Shown here: in pieces, positions 19,173-28,898 of the stretch
How the letters are laid out: every line of letters begins with the position of its first letter
Numbering within the stretch: position 1 is the stretch's first letter
From: Gammaproteobacteria bacterium
GTDB taxonomy: Bacteria; Pseudomonadota; Gammaproteobacteria; Eutrophobiales; Eutrophobiaceae
Assembly: GCA_047517145.1 (NCBI GenBank)
Contig: JAKZTI010000074.1
Coordinates: forward strand, 1-54,901
Reading direction: 5' to 3'
Length of the DNA: 54,901 nucleotides
Position numbers and translations under genes: made by a program
Notes under the pieces: generated by a model
Told to the model about the DNA's origin: nothing
The model's database searches: none
Seen by the model: only the letters and a program-made list of their open reading frames with translations

Positions 19173-20846
19173 ATGATAATGTTACCCAAAATAGTGAAAA
19201 CAAGACAAGAAGAGCTGGTTCTTCTGACAATGCTGGAGACGTTCCATTTCGCGATATGGTACGAAATCGGGAACTATGTAAGCCAGTCACTATTACTCAT
19301 TCATTTTGGTATGTTCCTGATCTGGCAACCAATCCTGAAAGAAAATCAGGATATCACATGGGCCAAAAGCCTCCTGTTTATTGCTTTTACACTGATCCTG
19401 GTTTACTGGGTCAACTGGATTTCGATAACACTGTGGCTGGTGCTGCTCATCGGATTTGTCGGTGGCCGTGTCACCACCAGACGTCATGAACGAAATGTGT
19501 ATATGTTCGTGATGGCATTCCTGATCTTTGAATTACTGATTTCTGTTGTCCCACAGATGTTTAGCCTGTCGCTAAACAAAACTATTTATAATGCGTATCT
19601 AATTGGAATGCCGTTTATACCCCTAATATTACTGATAACACCAAACACTTTTACTAGGAAACGCGATGAAACTGTCGATATCCTGCTTGCCACAACGATC
19701 TCATTTATGGCAGTTATTCTGGCGCTCGGTAGTCTGGTCTTGATGTACCACAATAATACCGATTACATTATCTCTCTGATTCAAACGTTGCTTGCTGTTG
19801 GTATTCTTTTGATTTCTATCAGCTGGCTTTTGTCTCCCCATAGTGGTTTTAGCGGTCTCTCTCAATTATGGACCACATCTTTATTAAATATTGGAACACC
19901 ATTTGAACAATGGCTTGCTAAGCTTTCCAGGCAAAGACAAGCACAACAATCCCCGGCAGATTTCCTGGACACAGCAATGAGGGAACTGGTTTCACTACCA
20001 TGGATAGCAGGAGCCACATGGACAGGAGGCTCAACACATGGAATTTATGGTGAATTAACAAGGCATGAAATACATCTGGATATTAGTGATCAACCACTTA
20101 CTTTATTTACACATGTCGCCCCCGCAGGTGTTATGTCTTTACATTGTAACTTGCTGGTTCAGTTAATAGAGACATTTTACACCGCAAAGAAACAGGAACG
20201 GGAGCTATCACAACAGGCCCACTTACATGCTATCTATGAAACAGGCGCCAGGGTTACCCATGATATAAAAAATTTACTGCAGTCGTTACAGACAATGACA
20301 ACACTGCTTGACACAACTTCTGATGAAACGAAGGAAAAATCTATCGTACTATTAAAAAAGCAACTGCCTCATATTAGTCAACGATTACAGCTCGCACTAA
20401 ATAAATTGCAGGCACCAGAACAGAAATCAACAAAAAACATCCTGGCAACGATCTGGTGGAAAGAAATATCGACCCGCAGGGAAGACTCACAAATTAATTT
20501 CCAGAGTGTCATAGATAAAGATACTCTGATCCCGGAAGAATTATTCAATAGTGTCATTGAAAACCTGCTTGAAAATGCAATTCAAAAAAGACAGGTTGAT
20601 CCAGATATTGTAATCAGCGTCACCCTGAAAATTGAATCAAGCTCAATTGTACTCGCTGTCACTGATACGGGTCATGCCGTTAACGAGACAATTACAAAAT
20701 CTATATTAAAAGAACATGTCACATCAGATAATGGACATGGTATTGGGCTTTATCAGGCAGCTAAACAGGCTGAATCATTAAACTATATTTTACGGCTTAC
20801 AGAGAATCGCGATGGCAATGTCAGCTTTGAACTATCCAGGAAATAA
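19173..20846 (+). CDS. Polytopic sensor histidine kinase (PilS/PrsK-like architecture)
   Basis: About 250 aa of TM helices, an H-box ARVTHDIKNLLQSL and a HATPase_c domain (LLENAIQK...DTGHAV...GHGIGLY). The ORF opens at TTG 19137, with ATGs at 19173 and 19179. Confidence 0.8.
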   Translation: MIMLPKIVKTRQEELVLLTMLETFHFAIWYEIGNYVSQSLLLIHFGMFLIWQPILKENQDITWAKSLLFIAFTLILVYWVNWISITLWLVLLIGFVGGRVTTRRHERNVYMFVMAFLIFELLISVVPQMFSLSLNKTIYNAYLIGMPFIPLILLITPNTFTRKRDETVDILLATTISFMAVILALGSLVLMYHNNTDYIISLIQTLLAVGILLISISWLLSPHSGFSGLSQLWTTSLLNIGTPFEQWLAKLSRQRQAQQSPADFLDTAMRELVSLPWIAGATWTGGSTHGIYGELTRHEIHLDISDQPLTLFTHVAPAGVMSLHCNLLVQLIETFYTAKKQERELSQQAHLHAIYETGARVTHDIKNLLQSLQTMTTLLDTTSDETKEKSIVLLKKQLPHISQRLQLALNKLQAPEQKSTKNILATIWWKEISTRREDSQINFQSVIDKDTLIPEELFNSVIENLLENAIQKRQVDPDIVISVTLKIESSSIVLAVTDTGHAVNETITKSILKEHVTSDNGHGIGLYQAAKQAESLNYILRLTENRDGNVSFELSRK

Positions 20847-20858
20847 TAAAAGATACCC

Positions 20859-21620
20859 TTAAGGAAGTATTCCCGCCTTAACAGTCATAGTCCTCATGAT
20901 ATGCGGAGATATCCAGATCAGCAAATCATCAAATTCAGCACCTGCTGTTGCGCTATAATCCTTTTCTACAAAAATAAGATCGCCATTGGTATTCTCAGTT
21001 TCATCCGGTGAGGCTGCAGTCGACCAGTTTATTCCATGAGAAACCACAACAGCAGGTATATTGATTGCAACGGTATTCCCGGCTACAGCAGCATCATTAA
21101 TGATTATCTCTCCATCTGAACAAAGTGAAAAAGAGACATTCAGCGTAGCCGAAGCTGTTTCACAACCCGTTCCATCAGTTGTCGCATTACCTCTGTCTGC
21201 GAAGGTATCATCAACACGATAAGTAAAGTTGTTACTCCACTGATCTGCGCCTTTTACCCCCAGCGTGCCCCAGGGTAAATTTCCTGTTTCAGTAGCACAT
21301 GTAAGTCCACCACCAGCGGCAACAGTATCTTCTACTCCATCATTAATATCTAATGGATCGGCTGCATTGACAGCTATACAATTAGCATTCCAAGTGCTCG
21401 TGGGACAATCCGGACAAGGAAGATAATTATTCTGTAATACATGTCCGTAAAGAATTGCCTCTATATTGTCGAGCTGGAGTTGTGTGTTGTTTCGTTCCTC
21501 TTGCTCAACACGCGAAGCTAGTGGCTCCAGAAAGCTGGTCATCAATAGAGCCAGGATGAAAAGAACCATTGTTATCTCTATCAGGGTGAAACCTTGTTGT
21601 GCAGAATATTTCATTTTCAT
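20859..21620 (-). CDS. Minor pilin / pseudopilin with a canonical prepilin N-terminus
   Basis: MKMKYSAQQG|FTLIEITMVLFILALL. It shares LPCPD and G.LPW.TLG motifs with the giant upstream protein, and its ATG lies 8 nt after that gene's stop. Confidence 0.8.
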   Translation of the reverse strand: MKMKYSAQQGFTLIEITMVLFILALLMTSFLEPLASRVEQEERNNTQLQLDNIEAILYGHVLQNNYLPCPDCPTSTWNANCIAVNAADPLDINDGVEDTVAAGGGLTCATETGNLPWGTLGVKGADQWSNNFTYRVDDTFADRGNATTDGTGCETASATLNVSFSLCSDGEIIINDAAVAGNTVAINIPAVVVSHGINWSTAASPDETENTNGDLIFVEKDYSATAGAEFDDLLIWISPHIMRTMTVKAGILP

Positions 21621-21628
21621 ATCGTTAA

Positions 21629-22504
21629 TCAGGGTGATGTATCCAGAACACGGACCTGATCGTTAAATGTACCCATTATTTCGCCAATTTGGAATCCATC
21701 ATCTCCGGCATTATTGTTCCCATTTTCATAGTAATCGCTGATACTGCCTGAAGTCCTGTCCTGAGTTGGCAGTGGGTTTGCAAGGGGCTCACCGGCACTG
21801 ATCACAATTGCCCGTTTGTTATCGTCTGGAGATCCCCCGCCAGTAAGCGTAAGGCAATCAGTACTCACAGTACATATCGCGCCGCCATTTGGACTATCCC
21901 CGGCACTATAGGCAATATAAATCAGCTGGTGCCACTTGTTTGTGAGAAGCCAGGAAGGGAAGTCGCCATTATTCTCCCACAAATAATAATCAACATTACT
22001 CAGGCGAATACTTCCGTTACTTGCTGCACTAGGCGTAAATGTGGCCCGGCCAACTTCAGTTGTTTCATCTTCTTCATAATCACGTAATGTCATTAATGGT
22101 GTGCCACCATTTCCAGAAAAATTAACTGCTGCTGTAGCGCTACAGTCTGCGTTGTATCCCATGCAGACATCTCTTACGCGTTTTTCTGAGACAGTATTGG
22201 TTGCCTGATTGCCCCTATATTTTGCATGAAAGATATGCTCGCGCGAAAAAACATAATCATGGTAGACCGTATAGGTATTACCAACCGCAAAATCATTTGG
22301 GGCCCCGTTGTACAATGTTGTTTGTATCCCTGTTCCAACTACTGCTGTAATTTCACCAACTGCACCAATGGAAGTATTTACAACAATATCCCCAACGCTG
22401 ATACCTTCTGCTAAAAAATTTGCTGATGCGTCTCTAAATCTGTCCGGTGTGCCCGTTGATAAAACACTGGTAACCGTGCCGCTATATGAATTAGCAGCAG
22501 GCAT
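21629..22504 (-). CDS. C-terminal portion of the giant pilin-like repeat protein (annotated ORF)
   Basis: There is no signal peptide or RBS of its own. The same frame stays open upstream to 22729 and keeps encoding the repeat motif (PIEFRVGDSYTIF, PDFDTAEYYRI), so this ORF continues 22597-24795 after a 1-nt frameshift. Confidence 0.7.
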   Translation of the reverse strand: MPAANSYSGTVTSVLSTGTPDRFRDASANFLAEGISVGDIVVNTSIGAVGEITAVVGTGIQTTLYNGAPNDFAVGNTYTVYHDYVFSREHIFHAKYRGNQATNTVSEKRVRDVCMGYNADCSATAAVNFSGNGGTPLMTLRDYEEDETTEVGRATFTPSAASNGSIRLSNVDYYLWENNGDFPSWLLTNKWHQLIYIAYSAGDSPNGGAICTVSTDCLTLTGGGSPDDNKRAIVISAGEPLANPLPTQDRTSGSISDYYENGNNNAGDDGFQIGEIMGTFNDQVRVLDTSP

Positions 22505-22596
22505 AATGCGATAATATTCAGCAGTATCAAAATCAGGGGCAATCGCTGAAGTATAATTAACAGTGCTTAATTGTGTTTCGCTAGAGACGCTTGTAA

Positions 22597-24795
22597 CTAC
22601 TGCTTTAAATGGTTGGAATATTGTATAACTATCACCAACCCTGAATTCAATCGGAGTAGCGGCTCCCCTACATAACTCACTGCTTCCAGTGTATCCGCGT
22701 CGATAATATTGGCTACTACGCCTTGTATCCTACTAACGCCTAGATCTATTTCCAGAGTATTGTTCTGAATCACATAGCTATAGGGTTCATATACACTGAA
22801 ATCTACAGCTGCATCAACTAAAGTGGTACCTGTACTTCCAACATCGGCCGTACCTGATATAACGGATGTTTCGTCATCGTAATCTTGCGCTATATCGCCA
22901 CGTTTAATTCCATTGGTATTAAATTCGGCAGTAGTGTCGGTGATGACTACCGTATTAGTCCCCGATGTTATTGTGCCAGATATATTGACAAAATCTTTAA
23001 AGCTGCCATAACAGTCCGCTGTATCTGCCAGCAACCAGATGCATGTACCATTTGAATTAGCAAAGGATTGTGTTCCACCATCTTCCGCATAGGAATCCAG
23101 ATAGGTCTCAACGGCCGTACTGTAGGTAGCCTGTACACCCGGAAATGTGACTGCATCAAAACTGATATCGGCAGCTGCGGCGGTAACAAAATCCCAGTCA
23201 ATATCAAAGGCTGTTGGAAAATGTTTCCCTACCTCATGAAAGGCAAGCAAGCCTTCACGCGCATTATTATCTGCAGTGTTGCGAGGCAAAAAATAATAAT
23301 CGTTAACTTCGAAAGAATTGTCTGATCCAAAATAGAGTGCATCAACGGTTAAAACGTTTACTGCAACAGCAGAAACCCTGCCAAAAGAACCATCAGTAAG
23401 ATTGATAATCAGATCACCAGCCTGAACGTCCATAACTACAAAATTGTTATTGGCATCTTCCAGGGTCAAGCTATTCGTTCCTGCTGCGGCCTGGCCATGT
23501 TGGCTACGAATTCTATAATTTTCACCATTGTCAAAATCATTTTCAGCACCACCACTGAGTGTCAGGGTATTGGGTAATGTTAAAAATGTTAGTTCATTTG
23601 CAGAGACTGTATCCACCACGCCACTGGAACCGTCGGTAAGATTATCAACAATATCACCGGGGCTGATGTCCAATTCGGAAAAATTATTTGCAGCGTCCTC
23701 CAAGGATGCGTTGTTATTGGCGTTTGTTGCAACCCCTCTTAATTGACCTAAACCAGCCAGTGCAGCTGGATAAATATAGTACTCATCATTATTATCAAAA
23801 TCGTTTCCTGTACCCAGGCTCATTCCCCCGCCGATAGTCAAGGTTGTTGCAGCCACTGCCGTTACTGTACCGACTGAGCCATCTGTAAGGTTCCTTACAA
23901 CATCACCGATAGCAACGCCCCATACGCTAAAATCTCTGGTTGAATCAGTCAAGGTTGCAGCACCATTACCACCATCATGTTCACCACTTAGTGCGAATTT
24001 TGATGCCTTGGGATCTGCAAAAGGGGCCAACCATGGATAAGCCCCGTGTGTATTAAAATAGGTAGTTAAAATCTGACCAACTTCCCCAAGCACACGTTTC
24101 TCTACAGCCTGCATTAATTCCTGCCGAGTGATGACGACGAGTCTGTCATTAAAATCACCATTCGCAGTTGTTACAAATGATGTATCCAGATTACTATTAT
24201 CATCTTCCAGATAATTTGTTACATCATTAACAGCAGCAACTCTATCCTGATTATCAAAGGGTTCACCGGGGGCAAAAATAATGGCAACAATATCAGCCGT
24301 GCCATTTATAGAGAGCTCGGCACTTGAAGGTGATTCGCTATTCAGCGGAATTGTTTTGTTATTCCCAAAACGGAAATTCTCAGAGAGTGCATACCAAAGC
24401 CTCTGACCGCTGGCATCCCTCAGTTCTTCCAGCCTGAGAGTCTGGTTTGGTAATCTACCTATTGTAGTGTTCCCGGCGAGCGAACAATTGGCGGCGGCAC
24501 TGCCATCATTATTAAGGTCAGGGCACGGCAAATAGCCCGGACCATCAACCACCCCACTGACATCATGATCCGGGAATGTTATTGCGTAACCAATCAGGGC
24601 GTTCCTGGCAGCATTCAAAGCAATGCCTGTCTCCTGAGAATGTTGGGTTTTAGCCAGATTGGTGTTTAATTTTCTTGCGAGATAGTAGGATGAAGCAATA
24701 ATGATAAGTAGTGTAAATGCCAACAGGACAGCCCCTGCTTGGCCTTTGGGAAAGGTGCAACGATGATTACCGTGGTGGTGATTATTAATAGCCAT
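22597..24795 (-). CDS. N-terminal portion (732 aa) of a giant pilin-anchored repeat protein (in the position of MshQ/GspK-like tip proteins)
   Basis: Non-canonical pseudopilin-like N-terminus PKGQAGAVLLAFTLLIIIASS, then a GYLPCPD / RLPNQTL module. Tandem 65-70-aa repeats follow, carrying GD(I/V)(I/V).NLTDGS.G.V..V....LT ... NDFDN.(D/E).Y.I. Confidence 0.7.
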   Translation of the reverse strand: MAINNHHHGNHRCTFPKGQAGAVLLAFTLLIIIASSYYLARKLNTNLAKTQHSQETGIALNAARNALIGYAITFPDHDVSGVVDGPGYLPCPDLNNDGSAAANCSLAGNTTIGRLPNQTLRLEELRDASGQRLWYALSENFRFGNNKTIPLNSESPSSAELSINGTADIVAIIFAPGEPFDNQDRVAAVNDVTNYLEDDNSNLDTSFVTTANGDFNDRLVVITRQELMQAVEKRVLGEVGQILTTYFNTHGAYPWLAPFADPKASKFALSGEHDGGNGAATLTDSTRDFSVWGVAIGDVVRNLTDGSVGTVTAVAATTLTIGGGMSLGTGNDFDNNDEYYIYPAALAGLGQLRGVATNANNNASLEDAANNFSELDISPGDIVDNLTDGSSGVVDTVSANELTFLTLPNTLTLSGGAENDFDNGENYRIRSQHGQAAAGTNSLTLEDANNNFVVMDVQAGDLIINLTDGSFGRVSAVAVNVLTVDALYFGSDNSFEVNDYYFLPRNTADNNAREGLLAFHEVGKHFPTAFDIDWDFVTAAAADISFDAVTFPGVQATYSTAVETYLDSYAEDGGTQSFANSNGTCIWLLADTADCYGSFKDFVNISGTITSGTNTVVITDTTAEFNTNGIKRGDIAQDYDDETSVISGTADVGSTGTTLVDAAVDFSVYEPYSYVIQNNTLEIDLGVSRIQGVVANIIDADTLEAVSYVGEPLLRLNSGLVIVIQYSNHLKQ

Positions 24796-24843
24796 ATCCG
24801 TATAGTATATGCTATATCGGCCAGTTAAATTATGACTGAAGTC

Positions 24844-25482
24844 TCAATTCTCTGGTATTGCTATTTCATTTTCACTTTCCACAATATCAAGCAGGATTCC
24901 ATCATTTGGTTCGTAGGTCTGCCCTACTTTAAGATCAAATTCAAGATTAACCTCTGGGACAGTCACAGATACTTTCTCACTGTTAATGTCACCCGTATTG
25001 ATGCGGAAATATTCAGAGGCGAGACTACCCTCATAACTGTTAGTACCATTTATCCATACAGTACTTTTGCCGCCTTTTCTGTATACAAGGCCATTTAAGG
25101 TAATCCCCTCGATATCGGGCTCCTCAATTTCTTCAGCTACTTCGTCAATTAATTCAACAGGGATTTCAATTTCCTCAATGGTTTCTGGTTCGGGTTCTGC
25201 GTAACGTAATGCCTGTAATTTCCTTCTCTCTTCCGGTGTCGTAAACAATCGACCAAAATCATCGGATGCTGCCTGGGTAAAAGAAATACCACTCAATGCA
25301 AAACTTAATGTTAGTAAACTGCCTGAAATAAATTTAAGGTATCTCTGATCAAGTATGCACTCCGTCATGCTGGTGAATACCAGCATCCAGTAAGTAATTG
25401 TTTTGACTAGATTCTGGCATGCGCCAGAATGACGACTTAATGTGTTTTGGGACTTAATCAGAGGCTCCTTAACATTATTCAT
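24844..25482 (-). CDS. Bitopic or periplasmic assembly protein (MshK/PilP-position)
   Basis: Hydrophobic segment LKFISGSLLTLSFALSGISFTQAA followed by an acidic linker and a beta-rich C-terminus. Its start overlaps the upstream stop (ATGA). The family was not recognised and the call is positional. Confidence 0.35.
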   Translation of the reverse strand: MNNVKEPLIKSQNTLSRHSGACQNLVKTITYWMLVFTSMTECILDQRYLKFISGSLLTLSFALSGISFTQAASDDFGRLFTTPEERRKLQALRYAEPEPETIEEIEIPVELIDEVAEEIEEPDIEGITLNGLVYRKGGKSTVWINGTNSYEGSLASEYFRINTGDINSEKVSVTVPEVNLEFDLKVGQTYEPNDGILLDIVESENEIAIPEN

Positions 25483-26102
25483 GACAGCTTAATCTCACTC
25501 CCATCAGCCATTCTGATATTTAGCCATTGCAGTTCACAGTCCGCTGTAATATTTTTTGCATTATGATGCTCAATGAGTATCTTGCCTGATCGTATGAATG
25601 TACATTTGGTTAATGTAAACATTCCCTCCGCGTTTTCATTCATATCTTTGATCAAACGTAAAAAATCTCCTTCATGCAACATGCTTATGTTCAGCTTCAT
25701 GGTGCTACTGTAAAGCGCAAACCTCCCCAGATTAATACTGAATCCCGGGGTATATATTTCTTGTGGAGAAATACCGTAGGTCAGTCCGGGTAATTTGATC
25801 CGTTCACTGGATGCTCGCAATGTTTCGATCCAGTTGAGTCTGTGTTCTCGCCCAACAATACCTTTTTTATATAAGGCAATGAATTCAGGGTAATGCTGCC
25901 TGATAATTTTCTCATCTTCATCGACGGCAAGATATTTCTGGCTAATGGTGGTAAACCGCACCTTGTTTTTTTTGTGTTCGCTCAACATTTTTTCCTTGAA
26001 TGCCCAGCTGCCACCGATCAAAGTAATACTTACCAGTACAATAATAACAAAAGTTATGGTGGAAAATTTAATCACAGGCCAATCAAGTTCGTCACGCGTC
26101 AT
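25479..26102 (-). CDS. PilO/MshJ/GspM-like bitopic inner-membrane assembly protein
   Basis: 207 aa with a short cytoplasmic N-terminus, one TM (FSTITFVIIVLVSITLIGGSW) and a periplasmic domain. It overlaps both neighbouring genes. The call is mostly positional. Confidence 0.4.
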   Translation of the reverse strand: MTRDELDWPVIKFSTITFVIIVLVSITLIGGSWAFKEKMLSEHKKNKVRFTTISQKYLAVDEDEKIIRQHYPEFIALYKKGIVGREHRLNWIETLRASSERIKLPGLTYGISPQEIYTPGFSINLGRFALYSSTMKLNISMLHEGDFLRLIKDMNENAEGMFTLTKCTFIRSGKILIEHHNAKNITADCELQWLNIRMADGSEIKLS

Positions 26103-27714
26103 CTTTCACCCCCAATACCACTCTTACAGAGAAATTGGATTTACCTGCACTTTCCCTTGCAGAACCCTGCAAGCTTGCATCCGAACCGATGTCCAGCGGC
26201 AAGCTAACAACACTGACATCATGCACTGAATCCAGCTGCCTTATAGACTCAGAAAATCGATCGATCGTATCAAGCACTTTCCTGTAGTCACCATCAAAAT
26301 CATCGATGTAGGCATTAAAAATTGCAATCTGGTAATAGATATAAGCTGTTTCAGTATCGCTAATATTGCTTAAGCCAAGCATGGCCTGATCCCTGTCATC
26401 AATAACACTACCAGGATTTCCACCACCAACATTAAGGTTTGGATTTGTATTTGCTGCCCACTGTATCTGGCTGATTTGTATCTCGGGAAATACTTCCAGA
26501 CCTTTACTGATTACCTTGAACATATCAACAGGATCAGCTTTATGTGTATTCAGAATTTTCTTTGACTCAACAACGGTTGTCAGATCAGCGGGTTCAACAG
26601 GTAAAGCAGATATTCTTTCCCGTGCAACTTCATACCTGACGGTATAAAAATCTGCTTTCTTTGCATCAGCTCTATATTGTTGCCTGTAGGTAAAACCTTC
26701 AAGTACATTCAAACCTCCCCAAATAATGCCTGAAATCATGAATATAAAACTGGCGACCCGAAGTGACGTGTTTATCTGCCGCATCTGAAAATAACGCGTC
26801 TCTTTACTCACCGCGTAATAATTTTTGCACTTATGCTTCAATAGTTGATAAGTAAAATACTTATCACTGAAAGGTGTCTTTATCTGTTCAACGAAACCAC
26901 ATTTATTGGCCAGCTCACCAGTGTCAAAAAAATGGTAGCGAATCATCGCAGAATTGATATGTGTCTTGCCTAATTCAGCCAATAGCTCCTGATCACCAAA
27001 AAAGTAAATATCCAGAGGCTTGTCTTTATCAATAAAATGCGCACTATCGATATAACGCCTGACCTTTACCAGTTCCTCCGTCAGCATAGGTACGTAGGAT
27101 TCTGTACCATAACGTGGGACTTTTACCAGGCGACTAAACTTAACTAACTTGTCCCGGAAAAAAGATTGACGCAAACCACTGATACTTTGCAAACAGAAGA
27201 CAAGTGTATTACCAGCCATGTCGGGGATAATATATTTGCTTTCCTGCAGTAGTAATGGAACTGATATCACCCCTGCGACTGGAATTTTATGCTGTTCCAG
27301 TATTTTCAGCCAGGGTTGAATCACCTCCGGGTTAGTAATTGCAGAAAGCATGATAATGTCATCGCGCCGGCCTGATTTTTCTCTTCCCTGAAAATCTGTA
27401 TGCAGATATGGTGTCCCTCGAAAAGCGCGGTCCTGCTTTCTTTCTATGAGTGCCCGTCGATCTGCCCCGAAGACATGAGGTATTGTATCCAGTCGATATT
27501 CTTCTGCAGCCGTATCCAGCAACACATAAACGGGATCTTTCTGAACTTCGCTCAGGTAACGGCCAAAAAATTCAAAACCTTCTGCTGATGCATCAAATAG
27601 GTATGAACTACCGAGGTTATCATTTGCCCAGTGATAAACGGCCAGCTTGTCTACGCCAATAAGTAATGCTCTTCTTGTAGAAGATTTAAATTTTGATTTT
27701 AGTGATGAGATCAT
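26092..27714 (-). CDS. MshI-like fused PilM/PilN-type assembly protein
   Basis: 540 aa: a cytoplasmic domain of about 315 aa, one TM (LRVASFIFMISGIIWGGLNVL) and a periplasmic domain of about 200 aa. It follows the platform gene directly. This architecture matches MshI. Confidence 0.45.
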   Translation of the reverse strand: MISSLKSKFKSSTRRALLIGVDKLAVYHWANDNLGSSYLFDASAEGFEFFGRYLSEVQKDPVYVLLDTAAEEYRLDTIPHVFGADRRALIERKQDRAFRGTPYLHTDFQGREKSGRRDDIIMLSAITNPEVIQPWLKILEQHKIPVAGVISVPLLLQESKYIIPDMAGNTLVFCLQSISGLRQSFFRDKLVKFSRLVKVPRYGTESYVPMLTEELVKVRRYIDSAHFIDKDKPLDIYFFGDQELLAELGKTHINSAMIRYHFFDTGELANKCGFVEQIKTPFSDKYFTYQLLKHKCKNYYAVSKETRYFQMRQINTSLRVASFIFMISGIIWGGLNVLEGFTYRQQYRADAKKADFYTVRYEVARERISALPVEPADLTTVVESKKILNTHKADPVDMFKVISKGLEVFPEIQISQIQWAANTNPNLNVGGGNPGSVIDDRDQAMLGLSNISDTETAYIYYQIAIFNAYIDDFDGDYRKVLDTIDRFSESIRQLDSVHDVSVVSLPLDIGSDASLQGSARESAGKSNFSVRVVLGVKDDA

Positions 27715-28891
27715 ATATTGGACCTAGAACAGAAAACATAACCCAGGCAATAATTCCTCCAAGAATCACAGTCATTCCCGGTTCGATCATTGTTTGTAAA
27801 CGCTCAATCGATTCTTTCACATCTCGGGTATAAAAATAGTTAATATTCTGTAGTGCAACCTCCAGCGCACCAGTGCTTTCACCCACACGTAACATCCTTA
27901 GCACTAATGGCGGAAACAATTTGGCAGATTCAAAACTACTACTTAATGTTGCGCCATCAGAAATATTGACACCGACCTGATGCACTGCTTCCTCCATCGC
28001 CTTGTTCCCAACAATCTGTTCACCTGTCTCGATGCAATCAAGAATAGTGATACCTGACGCATACATTATGGCAAAAAAGCCCGCGAGTCGCGCCAATATT
28101 ATTTTTCTGAGTATCGGTCCCACTAATGGAATCTTGAGCTTAAGTAAATCTACCTGATAATGAATCTTCGGATTGGTTTTTACACCAATAGATATTCCTA
28201 TTGCGATAATTGCCGGTATTCCAGCTATCAGGTACCAATAATTAACAAATATATTCGAGACAAAAATGAGTGCCTTGGTGTGGCCAGGAACCTCCTGTCC
28301 CATGTTGCGAATAAAGCTTAATAATTCCGGAACCAGATAAATCATCAGAAAAAATATTACCCCGATGACAACACTTCCAACAAAGAGTGGATACATAAGC
28401 AGCTTTCTGGTCATTGCTGCCTGCTCATCCTGCCATTTAAGGTTCTCTTCTAATTCAAAAAATATCTTGCTGATTTCACCAGATTCTTCGCCTGCCTTAA
28501 CCAGGCTAGAAAACACTTTGGAAAAAACCTTGGGATAGTCACTCATGGCAGCAGATAGTGTTTTACCACCTTCAATCGATTCATACATTGCTGATAGAAT
28601 TTCCCGCATTCTTGGATTTTCGGCACTATCCCTGAGATCTTCCAGACTCTCCAGGATTGGCACACCAGCCTTTGATGTTTGTTCCAGATGAAAACAAAAA
28701 GTAATCAGATCTCTTCTCTTGATGCCACTAGCACTGCCTCTTGGCCCTGTTGCACCTAAATCCTTGCACTTAACAAGATCAAGATCCATCTTCTGCAGCC
28801 GCATTTCCAGATCAGCAATATTTGCCGCATCCATCTTGCCAGCGTTGACTCTACCTGCACCATCAACTGCTTTGTATTTAAAGACATTCAT
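27686..28891 (-). CDS. GspF/PilC/MshG-family inner-membrane platform protein
   Basis: 401 aa with two T2SSF-type repeats, three TM segments and conserved ...MLRVGESTGAL... Confidence 0.9.
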   Translation of the reverse strand: MNVFKYKAVDGAGRVNAGKMDAANIADLEMRLQKMDLDLVKCKDLGATGPRGSASGIKRRDLITFCFHLEQTSKAGVPILESLEDLRDSAENPRMREILSAMYESIEGGKTLSAAMSDYPKVFSKVFSSLVKAGEESGEISKIFFELEENLKWQDEQAAMTRKLLMYPLFVGSVVIGVIFFLMIYLVPELLSFIRNMGQEVPGHTKALIFVSNIFVNYWYLIAGIPAIIAIGISIGVKTNPKIHYQVDLLKLKIPLVGPILRKIILARLAGFFAIMYASGITILDCIETGEQIVGNKAMEEAVHQVGVNISDGATLSSSFESAKLFPPLVLRMLRVGESTGALEVALQNINYFYTRDVKESIERLQTMIEPGMTVILGGIIAWVMFSVLGPIYDLITKIKI

Positions 28892-28898
28892 GAATTCA

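Noticed and set aside
24796-24843. A sigma54-like sequence CTGGCCGATATAGCAT upstream of the giant pilus protein gene
   Set aside because: The GG-to-GC spacing is two nucleotides short of the -24/-12 consensus, so it is most likely a chance match.
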